In this document: positions 1 through 11,079 of the stretch, one piece after another
Layout: every line of letters begins with the position of its first letter
Position numbering within the stretch: the first letter of the stretch is position 1
Notes under the pieces: generated by a model
What the model saw: the letters and a program-made list of their open reading frames with translations, nothing else
What the model was told of the DNA's origin: nothing
Database searches by the model: none
Program-made: the position numbers and the translations under genes
Source: the human T2T-CHM13v2.0 reference genome, Homo sapiens
Length of the DNA: 64,000 nt
Strand: one strand, 5' to 3'
NCBI RefSeq assembly: GCF_009914755.1
Contig: NC_060947.1

Positions 1-654
1 TGTAATGGGCCCTCAGGAAATGGAACCACTCTTTTCTCAGATGATTGTGGTAGCCTGTGAACTGGTGCATGACACTGTCAGCTTCATTCTCTTTAAGCAC
101 TGCCTGAAGCCTTCCATTGTCCTTCCTGCTCTGAGAGCCTGTCTCCAATGGGATGAAACCCACCCTGCTTGCTGTGACCCTTGAAGCCTTTCAGTCTGGC
201 CCCAGGTGAACTTTTCACCTCTTCTTCTGTTTCTCTCTTCTCACTCCCAGCCAAGCTGGACCAATCACTGGCCTGGGCTTTGTGTTGTAGCCACTGCTGT
301 CTACTGTCTCAGTGTGTTGACTTCTTATTCCTCACCTAAGACCCACTTTCATCCTGCCTTTCCTGTGGATACATCTCTGACCATCCTGGTCAGATGAGCT
401 ATCTCTTTCTTCTCCCTGCCTCCAGCCCTTGCTGCTTGAATCATCATCCTCACACATACCTACAGATAGCCTGGTGTTGTCTATCACTCGAGTATGGGTT
501 ATTTACTTTTCTGACCCAAACTGGACAGTAAAGTCCTTGACGATGGAGCCATATCTTCTCTTCCTGTTTCCCCTCCAAAATATGAGAGTGAGCTCATAGG
601 TACTTAGTGTTAGTATCTGACCTCCTGCCTCTTGGGAGACTGCTTCTAAGAGGC

Positions 655-870
655 AGTCAAACATGTTGAACGCCTATTGTGTGCTAGGTGTTCTCCATGT
701 GCTGCCTTGTCTCCCCACCACAATATTGGAAGGTAGGGGCTCTTGCCACCCCCACTTTACAAGAGAAGAAACTGAAGCTCAGAACAGGCAGCTCATCCAA
801 GGTCACAGAGTTAGTAAGGGCCTAGCTTTGGAATCTGATTCTAAAGTCTGTGTTCTTTCTCCTACATGGT
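655..870 (-). mobile_element. MIR SINE
   Basis: Core motif 'cccactttacaagagaagaaactgaagctcagaa...ccaaggtcacagagttagtaag...gattctaaagtctgtgttcttt'. Confidence 0.75.
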
Positions 871-1462
871 TCTGCCTTGCTCTCAGCACCAGCCCATCCA
901 GTCTCAGAAATGGCCAATGGAGCACCATTTTCTTTCTGTGTGCTTAGGCAAGGACAGAGTCCTATGGATAGGTGGTCCTGGGCTGCTGACCCTCCCTGCT
1001 GTCCCCCAGTGCCTGGCCTTCTGGATTAGAATATGAACCTGGCTCAAAAGGCATTTGTCCATCTCCTCTCAGGAGCTGGAGTAGGAGCAACATAGAGGTG
1101 ACAGGTTAGGATACAGATGAGGCCCTATCTTCTATGATCTGTTGTCTCTGGTTGAGCCCCTTCTCTTCTCCTCTGTTCTTTTTAAGAATGAGATGAATCA
1201 AGTTTAGGAATTCAGGCTCTTGCATTTTGAGGGTGGGATGAATTGCCAGTAGGACAATAGGCAGTGGGAGTGAGCAGAGCTGCACCTGGCCAGAGACTGT
1301 GGCCATCATCCCTTTGCTCCAGGCGATGCCTGTTCCTATCTTTCCATCATGACCAAGATTAGTAAGGATGGGGGAGAAGACATGGGTCCCAGACAGATTG
1401 AGCTCCCCCAGCCTTTGGCTGGGAGCTGCGGGGAGTGGTGACTAAGACATGTGTGGGCTTGC

Positions 1463-1471
1463 TGTGTGTGT

Positions 1472-1530
<59 letters not shown>

Positions 1531-1546
1531 CGCGCACGTGTGTATG
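1463..1546. repeat. Compound (TG)n-(CG)6 microsatellite
   Basis: Seen directly; unbroken purine-pyrimidine alternation over 84 bp. Confidence 0.95.
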
Positions 1547-1963
1547 GGTATAGGAGAGGTAGTAGCAGCGGTCATGAAGGAATCTTTGTTGGGGGTGGGG
1601 GTATATAAGACTGCCACCTCCAGGTAGCATGGGCCTGACACCTTGGTACCCAGCCCATTGGCCACGTCAGCCCCCTGCGGAAATGCCACATTAGGACAAA
1701 GGGCTCCCCCAGCCAGGCAGTGCTCCACCCTGCCGAGCAGTCAGAGCCTGGCAGCCTTGCCCATGGGCCACCCCTTCCACACTCTCCTGGTAGTGTGGTT
1801 CTCTCTCCCCACCCCCAGCCTGAGGATGGAGGAAGGGCAGAAGGCTTGCTCTTGCCATCTCCACCCAGTAGGCCCAGCCCGGCTCTTGTCCGCTTCCCTG
1901 GTTCTGGAATGGCCTGGGGCCACCCCCAACCCTGAGGCTGACCATCTTCTTCCTTCTGGGCAG

Positions 1964-2241
1964 GTTCCTGAGTGGGAAGGGCTTGGTGATCTATCCGAAA
2001 ATTGGAGACAAGCTGGACATCATCTGCCCCCGAGCAGAAGCAGGGCGGCCCTATGAGTACTACAAGCTGTACCTGGTGCGGCCTGAGCAGGCAGCTGCCT
2101 GTAGCACAGTTCTCGACCCCAACGTGTTGGTCACCTGCAATAGGCCAGAGCAGGAAATACGCTTTACCATCAAGTTCCAGGAGTTCAGCCCCAACTACAT
2201 GGGCCTGGAGTTCAAGAAGCACCATGATTACTACATTACCT
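1964..2241 (+). CDS. EFNB1: Ephrin-B1 coding exon 2 (receptor-binding ephrin domain)
   Basis: Translates to [38 protein letters not shown]...[23 protein letters not shown], recognised as ephrin-B1. Acceptor ttccttctgggcag| with a ctgac branch-like motif upstream; donor |gtgagt at 2242; 278 nt. Confidence 0.98.
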
Positions 2242-2988
2242 GTGAGTCCCGCCCATCCCATCCTCTGGCTCTCTCCCTGGGCTTAACTCTTTCCTCTCCT
2301 GTAGTAGTGGGAGCTTCTAAGTGGTGCAATGCTATTGCATGTAGTTAAGACCCTGCTGGATCTGATCCCCTTTGAAGACTGGCATGTTCTCCTCTTAGCC
2401 TGGCCTTGGAATTCTCGCCCCAACATTTACCAAGCTCACCTTGGCTCCAGGGGTTGGGCAGGAGAGGTCTCCAATTCGTGTTGCTTCTCTCTTATTTTCT
2501 TTGCCCACCTAAGTTCTAATATTGGGAATGGTAACATATGCCAGGCCCTTTGGGATCAGCCAGCTATTCAGCCTTTTTCTTCAGGGGAAACCAAGGCCCC
2601 AAAAGGTGAAGGGACTTCTTGCCTTAGATCACACAGTGAGTTAGAGATAGGGTCAGGACTCCAACCCAGTTCTCCTGATTCCTACTCCAGAATTCCTTTC
2701 AGTCTATGTAGAAGCCCCCATTATGATCCCAGTGAGGAGGCAGACCTTACCGAGGGGCCATGGCCTGCTCGTGACAGAGGAGCAGTGCCCCTGGGGGTGG
2801 GGCTTGTTCTTGGCCTGGGCTGGACTAGGCCATTTTGTTCCTAGTGGGAGGGAAGAAAATGAAAAGGTTCACTGGTAGATGGGAGCTGCTTGCTTCTCCC
2901 GACTGCAGTTTCTCTCCCTGTTGGCTGAAGCAGAATGGGAGTTTCTGGGTAATGCTAGTAGACCTTTCTCTCCTCCTGACTTCTCTGA

Positions 2989-3117
<129 letters not shown>

Positions 3118-3306
3118 TGAGGGTCCCCTCACCCCACCCTGTTTGACCTTTGGAACAGATGTTCCTGGCTGGGTGCATGTGTATTAGGAGTGGGGGAGCA
3201 GGCGTAGGGTTACAGTATCCAGGCCATTCTTGGCCCACCCTTGATGACTGAGGGCACCTATGCTGGCCGGGTCCCTGCCTCTCACCTGTTCTGTCTCCAT
3301 TCTTAG

Positions 3307-3435
3307 ATCCCAATGCTGTGACGCCTGAGCAGCTGACTACCAGCAGGCCCAGCAAGGAGGCAGACAACACTGTCAAGATGGCCACACAGGCCCCTGGTAG
3401 TCGGGGCTCCCTGGGTGACTCTGATGGCAAGCATG
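3307..3435 (+). CDS. EFNB1: Ephrin-B1 coding exon 4 (extracellular stalk)
   Basis: (D)[42 protein letters not shown]. Acceptor ccattcttag|, donor |gtaagt; 129 nt. Confidence 0.98.
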
Positions 3436-3588
3436 GTAAGTGTATGTGTTTCCCAGAGGTCAGGAGCCATTGCTCTGTCACCTTGTTAGGCCCTGTCCCT
3501 GAAGAAATGCAAGCTGGGCCTGGCCTGAAATCTGCTGTGTGTCCCTGGGACCCCTGGCTGACTGTTCCTTCCCCTTTCCCTTCCTCAG

Positions 3589-4001
3589 AGACTGTGAACC
3601 AGGAAGAGAAGAGTGGCCCAGGTGCAAGTGGGGGCAGCAGCGGGGACCCTGATGGCTTCTTCAACTCCAAGGTGGCATTGTTCGCGGCTGTCGGTGCCGG
3701 TTGCGTCATCTTCCTGCTCATCATCATCTTCCTGACGGTCCTACTACTGAAGCTACGCAAGCGGCACCGCAAGCACACACAGCAGCGGGCGGCTGCCCTC
3801 TCGCTCAGTACCCTGGCCAGTCCCAAGGGGGGCAGTGGCACAGCGGGCACCGAGCCCAGCGACATCATCATTCCCTTACGGACTACAGAGAACAACTACT
3901 GCCCCCACTATGAGAAGGTGAGTGGGGACTACGGGCACCCTGTCTACATCGTCCAAGAGATGCCGCCCCAGAGCCCGGCGAACATCTACTACAAGGTCTG
4001 A
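3589..4001 (+). CDS. EFNB1: Ephrin-B1 last coding exon (TM helix, cytoplasmic tail, PDZ-binding YKV)
   Basis: (E)TVNQEEKSG...[26 protein letters not shown] (TM)...[36 protein letters not shown], the hallmark ephrin-B C-terminus. Acceptor ttcctcag|. Confidence 0.98.
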
Positions 4002-4704
4002 GTGCCCGGCACGGCCTCAGGCCCCCGAGGGACAGTCGGCCTGGACCGGACCTCTCCTTTCGCCCCCACACCCCCTCCCCTTGCCAGCTGTGCCCACCTT
4101 TGTATTTAGTTTTGTAGTTTCTTGGCTTTTATAATCCCCCTTTTTCCCTGCCCCCTGGGCTTCGGAGGGGGGTGCTTGTGCCCCTAACCCCCATGCTCTT
4201 GTGCCTTCCCCCTCTGGCCAGGCCTCTGGGCTCCGTGGGGGCGCCCCTTCTTGGAAGGCAGGGCTGGACACTGATGGACAGCAGGCAGGGAGACAGTCCC
4301 CTGGCCCTGCCCCTCCCTCGCCCCCCTTGCCACCTTCCCAGGACTGCTTGTCCGCTATCATCACTGTTTTTAATGCTTTTGTGTTCATTTTTTAGCTGTC
4401 AACTCATTTTCATCTGTTTTTTGAAGAAAAATGGAAAAATGTAAAAGGCAGCCCCTCCCCAGGCTTTGTGAGCCTGGCCCAAGCCAGTACAAGAGGGCCT
4501 GGGGCACGATGTGGTCAGCCAGGAAGCATAGGATGCCATTTCTTTTATAGATTCCTTGGTATTTCTGGTGGGGTAAGGGGCAGGCCAGGGCTGTTCACGC
4601 CCATGAGGGAAGAGGAAAGTGCCACTGGGCAAGGTGTCCCACCCTCCCCTCCTGACCCTCCTACGAGGCTTATCCTGGCAATGGGGTAGTCACTGCCACC
4701 CTTC

Positions 4705-4736
<32 letters not shown>

Positions 4737-5510
4737 AAAATCCCTTCCTTGTGGGATTCTTGGGCATCTCCTGCCTCCCTCACTCTCACGGTAATTAATG
4801 TCTTAATTGGCTGTTGCCTGGGGAACAGGAGAGCTGCTGCAGGCAGATGACCTCATGGGGGGTGGAGGGAGGTGAGGTGCCCAGGTGGCTATTTGCCCTG
4901 CAGAGCTGGGAGTTTCACCCCCACCCCCCACCCTGTTCTCTCCTTACCTTTGGCATCCTTTGGCCTGGTGGGGAAACAGAGGCCCAGGGTGGAGACCTAA
5001 GCGGGTATAAGACCAGGTGGCCTGCTCCTTTTCTGGGCCCTAGCACAGGTGGGTAACCCCCACCCAACCCAGCTCCTGCTGCTGTCCCAGTCTTGGGCTG
5101 GGGCCTGGAAAGAGGAAGAGGCTGCCTGGGGCTGGGCCAGCCCGCTGTGCACTTTGACCCCAGTTCCTTGCCAGCACGGCTGCTAACAGACTGCCACTTG
5201 AGTGCGCCTTGCAGGCACTCCCAGAGCAGCCATGGAAGGAGCTGGCCCTCACACCATCCACCTCCACACTGCCTCCTGGCCAGCTGCCCACCCCAGTGCC
5301 AGGTGGGAGAGGGAGCAGAACAGCCAGCCCCTTCCAGGTGGCAGTCGGAAGGGTTTTTGTTTTTGTTTCTGTTGCCATTTGTGTAAATACTAGTCTTTTT
5401 GGAAAAAAAATAATGTAAAGATGTTTTGTATAAACTCTGAATTATTTTCTTGTTGCTTTTTTCTTAGAAAAAAATGAGAACTAAAAAAAAAAAATTAACC
5501 ACATGGAGAA
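4002..5510 (+). other. EFNB1: EFNB1 3' UTR (3' end approximate)
   Basis: Follows the stop codon. An A/U-rich terminal region (5350-5500) has variant hexamers TATAAA (5429) and ACTAAA (5480), followed by GU-rich sequence from ~5513. Confidence 0.75.
4705..4740 (+). repeat. (CA)14 plus A-run in the EFNB1 3' UTR
   Basis: Seen directly. Confidence 0.95.
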
Positions 5511-7094
5511 ATGGGTGTAAAATGGTGTCGTGATGTTGGGAAATGGAGAGTGAGAGTTGTGTGCGTGCGTGTGTGGTGGGGGTGTGTGTGTGTGCGCTTT
5601 CCTGTGCTCAAACCACTGGTGACTGGGGCAGGTACGGGCAGATGATGGCTATCCTAGTGGAGCAAGATGTTTTAATGCCCTATGACCCTCCTGCCACTCC
5701 CCTCACCCCAGGTTTTTCTGCTCTCTTGTTCTGCTGTCATGGAGCCTGAGACCATTTCCCCTGTTCATCCTGTCACCTCTGTGGCATAGGCCACGGGCAT
5801 CTGCCCAGTCTGGCACAGGCCCAGTTAGAGAGGGTTAATGGAGGAGGGGATGTTCCCATGGGGACCTGGGTGTGTCCACAAAGTACTGCCACCACCTAGC
5901 TGGGGCTAGATCTGGGACCTGCTGGCAGGCCCAGCCCTGCCCTGCCTCAGGACGCCTGGAGGTGGATAGAAATAACTTCCCAAGATCTGAACTTCAGCTG
6001 CAGCCTACTGGGTATTGGGCCTGCTTCAGGCTGCCCAGTTCACCTCTCAGCCAGAAGAATCTTGCTTCTGAGCTGGGCCACACCACAGCCACCACCATGG
6101 CATAGTTGGGGGCTTCTGGCCAGCAGTCGATACCCTCAAGCTAGAGCAGCCTTGAGCACCCGGTCTACCTCCCACAGGCTGATGAGTAACTTGCTCAAGT
6201 CAAAGAGTGTGGTGAGGGCCCTGAAGAGGGTTTGGCCTCCATCCCACAGCGGAGAGGCAGACTGGCAGGGCCTGGAGCCTTCCTGCTCCAGCCTGGAGCC
6301 GCCTGCTGGTCTTGTGGGGGGACTCCCTGTGGAGACGGCTAAGACAGATGTCAGGGGAAGAGGACAAGTGAGATCCAGCAGCTAAAAATGGGGTAGAAGG
6401 CAGCAGAGGAAAGAGGAAGAAGAAGGAGAGAGAGAGTGATCCAGAGTAGGAAGCCCCAGAGAATTAGCCAAGGTGCCACCCGGGCTATGAGGGAAGTGGG
6501 GAGCTGGTGGAGAAGAAAGGGGGCGGAAAGCCACAGGGCCTGCAGGCGGAGGGAAGGAAGGTTGGGCTAGTGTAGGGCTGGGCCTGGCTGGGGTGCTCCT
6601 GGAGCCAGCTGGGGCAGAGGCTGTTTATTTGGTTTCTCATTAACCAAAGGAAGTGCCTGGATCAGATGGAGCCTCTGCTGCTTGACTGCCTGCCCAGAGT
6701 GGGGCCCGGCCTGGGCTGGGGGTCTCTCATCAGGGTTGGTTCAGGCCAGATTGGTGTCGCTCACTGGGGTAGAGCCTGACTCAGTTGAGTGAGCACTTCC
6801 CGCACTTCTCCAACTGAGTTTCCTCCAGTAGTCCCCCACCCAGTCCACGCCTTCAACCCTCCCAGTGGGGGATGGAGCACTGGGGGCCCCCTGGGAGCAG
6901 CTGTGGGAGTGTGAAGTAAAATCCAAGGGAGATTTTACAAAGGAAAGTGGGGCAATCTGCTGGTTAGCCCAGAAGCTTCGCAACTGGCTGTTCCCTTGCC
7001 CTAGCATGGGTGCCATGGCTGGTGCTGGTTTGAGCTTGGTGCTCACACTGTTGGTCACACAGTGTGCTTAGTAGTTCCTTGTGTCCTTCATCTG

Positions 7095-7295
7095 GACAGC
7101 ACCTGCCAGTTTGTTCAAATGCTTTTACACACTTTGTTTCATTGAATCTCACAAACTGCCCTGTGAGGGTGGTAGGTGGGGAATTACCTGACTTATATTT
7201 GAGATGAGGAAACCGAGACCCTGTGAGGGGCTGTAACTTGCCCAAGGACACACATCAGGTGAACAGGAGCACTAGGATACAAGTGCAGGCCTTTT
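7095..7295 (-). mobile_element. MIR SINE
   Basis: 'gagatgaggaaaccgagacc...taacttgcccaaggacacaca' MIR core. Confidence 0.7.
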
Positions 7296-8464
7296 ATTAC
7301 ACCACGAGCAAATAAGAGGTATTCCTTGAGAGCGAGGGGTATGACTTCCCACTTCTTGCCTTTGAGCAAGCATGCTTCCTTGGGGATCTTAAAAAACAGG
7401 AGCCCTCCCCACCTCCACCCCCCATTCCCTTTCCATCTATCTTGGTCAGGGAGGGACCAAGCTCAGCTAGCTGGAGGCAGGAGGTGGGAGCCTCCAGTGG
7501 TAGGGCCCCAGACTGCCCCACCCTTGACTCTCCTTCCTGTCCCAGCTGGGCCTAAGCTCCTGGTGAGTCAGGGATACAGGATGCTTCCCAGGTAAGGGTG
7601 GGGCTGCCTGGCTTTCTCCGCAGGCTGAGCCCAGTTCACCAATAAAGCCAAACTGAGCAGGTGCTAACCAGGCCTCAGTTTCCCTGAAAGGTAAGGCCTT
7701 GTGGAGCTGGAAGGCCAAGGCTCTTGTGACCTTATTGCACTGGTTGATTTTAAGCTCCCAGGTGGCCTCCCTGAGGAACCAGTGACATGAATGGGCTGGT
7801 ATCCACTAGGCAGGGGCACGAAGCTGGGCCAAGCAACCTACGGAAAGACCCAGGCCCCACTGGGGCCATCCTAGGTTGGACCCTGCTGAGCAAGCGGCCC
7901 TCTGGCCACCTGGCATCAATCACTCTCAGAAATCCAGCCCACCTGCCTACCTGGCCTCCTGTCCTGCCTGGGCACGTCCCACTGACACCCTAGCTGAGTC
8001 AGCCCCAGCCTGCCTGGGACCCTCCTCACCCATCTGCTGCCGGCCTCCCGTACAGCTGGACATTGGATCTAGGGGGCTGGGGCCCCAGCTGGCGCTGGTT
8101 AGGTTGGCTTCCTCTTTGCGAGGCTGCTGAGGGGGAGACCAGCCCCCACCCAGGACAGGGGTCATAGAACCCAAAATGAAAGCAATTTAAAGGCATTGGG
8201 GAGAGTAATTACAGTTTCTGTTTTCAATGGTTAATTATTCAGCTGGCAAAGAGAAAGGAAAAAAGGGAAAGCTGGGAGTTGGAGGGAATAAGGATGAAGA
8301 GATATGGGAGGGTGGGAGGAGTTTGCCATGGGGCCCTTTAATCCAGGTGATAGAGCCCTAGACCAAGAGGCTGGAGACCTGAGGGCCTGTCCCTGCTTTG
8401 CCATAACTCCCTTTTTGACCAGGGGCAGGCAGATGCCTGTCTGGGTAATGAAGGAGCAGTACTA

Positions 8465-8595
8465 GGTTTATTCATTTATTCAGAAAATATTTACCGAGTA
8501 CCTACTATATGCCAGTCAATGGTCTGGGCACTGGAGTACAGTGAAGAGTAGGATAGACAAGGTCCCTGCTCCCAGAGACCTCACATTCTAGAAAA
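8465..8595 (-). mobile_element. L2 3'-end fragment
   Basis: 'ttcatttattcagaaaatatttaccgagtacctactatatgccag...agacaaggtccctgctc...cacattctag', a typical L2 terminus. Confidence 0.75.
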
Positions 8596-9599
8596 GTCTT
8601 TCAGTGCCCAGGTAACTCTTGATTCTGTTTTGTATTGGTGACTGAGTCACAAGAATGTGAGAGGTAGAATGGAGAATACACTGATTTAAAATTTGGGTTC
8701 TAAAGTGAGTCATTCATTCATTCACATTCATTTTTTAAAACAAATATTGAATGCATGGCACATAGCAAGTACCAATAAATAGTAGCTGTTGCTTCTCCCA
8801 TGAGGGACGGAGTAGACAATTTGGCCCTGGGGCTGAGCTTCTAGGGGACTGTTCCTGCTTTGAGAGTGGACCCTATGACCTGACTGTTGCTGTCATCATC
8901 CACCAAAGCCGGCCTTTTGCGAGGTTGTAAAACATCCTAAGAAGTTATCCTGTGGTTCTAATGCCAGCTTGCTTCCTCTAGCCCGTGGCCAGGTACCTGA
9001 GCAAAACATACCCATGATAAACACTTCCCAAGGCCTGTAGGCAGAAGCTGCCCAAACTAGAAGAGGTGTCCTCAGCCCTTGCCTATCACTGTTGCCCTAT
9101 GGCTGGTCCCTCCCAGCCTCCCTAGTGGTCGTGGGTGAGGAGCTGGCTTCTAAGAGAAGAGCTTGCCCCCTTTCTCTGGCCAGGTCCCTAGGGAGAAGCT
9201 CCATGTGGATCCTTCAGTTCCAGGGCACCAGGGGAAACCAAGGGAGACCCTAGAATCCACCCCGTGCGCCAGAGACCCACAATGGCTGGATTTTCCTGGG
9301 TAGAACCCTTGCTGTCAGGGGAACTGGCTAGCAGCCTCACTGGCTGCCCTCATGCTGGTTCAGGTAGAGTCTAAGAAGTCAGGGGCCAGGAAAGAGTGAG
9401 CTAGGACTTTTCTGAGAGCTCTTTTCCAGACCAAACCCCTCATAAGAAAACTGAGGCCCAGAGACAGGAAAGGACTTATCCAAGGGCACACAGGAAGTGC
9501 TGGCAGAGCCAAGCCTTGGACCCAGCTTCCTTGCCTCACAGGCCAGAGCCAGTTGCCCTTCTTGCATACTGTGTGGCCTTGTTCTCTCAAAATCCCTGA

Positions 9600-9620
9600 G
9601 TGTGTGTGTGTGTGTGTGTG
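9600..9620. repeat. (TG)10 microsatellite
   Basis: Seen directly. Confidence 0.9.
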
Positions 9621-11079
9621 CCAAACAAACCTATATATACACAGTATTTATATTGACAAACTTTGTAAGTTTACACAAGGCAATTACCAAAATGACACAT
9701 TATAACCCTGAGGAAAATATGGTGCTGGGAGGTTTAGGCCTGGTTCGGAGCAGACCGCGAAAATGTACTCATAGTCTGCCCCCCTCTCTGGGGGTCCCTC
9801 TCCTGTGGCACCTTACACAGCTCTGAAGTCACTCATCAGCAAAATAGCTTGGAGGTATCCGTAGGGGCCAGACCCACTGGTTCACAGCCCAGACCCAGAA
9901 TTGGGCATCTCAAGGCTGGGCAGAGCCTTATAGATCCAGCGGTTTCACCCTTGTTTGGATGCTGACTGTGGCTGGCCAGCCTCTGCACGCATACCTCAGG
10001 GCAGGCCTTCTTCCCTCCCCCACCCAGGCTGCCTGGGCCTTTCCGGCCAGCCTGACAGTTAGCTGTCCTAGCACTGTGTTCAGCCCCCCTGCACACACTA
10101 ATAGCCATGGCAGTAACATGCTTTCACATGCAAATTGCTATGGAATTCTCAGCCCCTGCCGGTGCCCCAGCCCCCAAGGCCTCCCCCTGGGCAGATTCAG
10201 AGAAGAGAATGGAATCTTTCAAGCTGTTAGGGCGTCTAGAGACCTTCGAGTCCAGCCCCCTTGTTGGATGGATGGGAAAACTGAGGCCCAAAGAGGAGAA
10301 GAAGGAACTGCTCACAGTCACACAGAGAGTTCACCGGGACTGGCCCTCACCCAGGTCTTCCGACTTCCAGCCCATTGCCTCTTCAAACCGCCACACAGCC
10401 TCCTAATCCCTCTCATCCCCCACCCCACCCCCATCATGGGGTATTTACTGTGGACTCTGGGATCCCTCCCCCTGGCACAGATGCTCCTGGGAGACACCCC
10501 TCAGTGGGGCCTGGGAGTGTGAAATCCAGAGAAGAAAAGACCAGAGATAGCCATGACTTAGGGGCATTGCCCAGGGAAGGGAGCCATTCTCCTTTGAAAC
10601 AGGCAAAAGACAGGATTTGCTCACTTCTCTCTCTGCGCTGCCATCCCCTGATACTGGCCAAACCTCCCCCATCCCCCGCCCACCCGGCAGGCCTGCCAAG
10701 CTATGCCAAGCCTTCTCCTGGGCCCTAGTCCACCAGATCTTTCCAAGTTTGTGCATCATCACTCTGCTGGAGTGGTCACCAGCAAAGCTTGGGTTCTGGG
10801 AGGCCCTGGGAACCCTGGTCCCAGCTAGAGTATGGGAACATTTCCCTTCCCTTCAGTTCAGCTGAAACAAGATGGGAATTTTCTGAAATGAACTTTACAA
10901 GGAAACCGAAAGGAAATGAAAATAAACACCAAAAGGGAAAAAGAGACAAGCTTACAGAGCACAGGTGTCTGCTCCCAGCTCAGCTGAGGTCTTACTACAG
11001 ATGGACCCAAGCTAGAAACTTCCGGGTTATCCTTGAAATCTGCCTTCAGTTCTGCCTCTGAACTGAACTTGACTCTGCC

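Larger units (their letters stand above)
1..1963 (+). other. EFNB1: 3' portion of EFNB1 intron 1
   Basis: Exon 2 begins mid-codon, and the signal-peptide exon 1 is not in the window. Confidence 0.9.

Noticed and set aside
1336-1728. His/Thr-repeat ORFs (also near 13.6, 29.4 and 35.4 kb)
   Set aside because: These are translations of (CA)n/(TG)n microsatellites.
1572-2261. 229-aa antisense ORF over exon 2
   Set aside because: Antisense shadow of exon 2 and GC-rich intron; no protein family features.
2242-2348. Read-through of the exon 2 frame into intron 2 (ORF 1983-2348)
   Set aside because: It stops after ~35 codons, truncates the ephrin domain and lies upstream of further junctions (expected NMD). 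It is relevant only to donor-site mutants.
5329-5346. CTCF-like motif (cttccaggtggcag); similar weak matches near 1611 and 57762
   Set aside because: Only partial matches to the consensus, which are expected by chance in GC-rich DNA. Cannot be supported without PWM scoring or ChIP.
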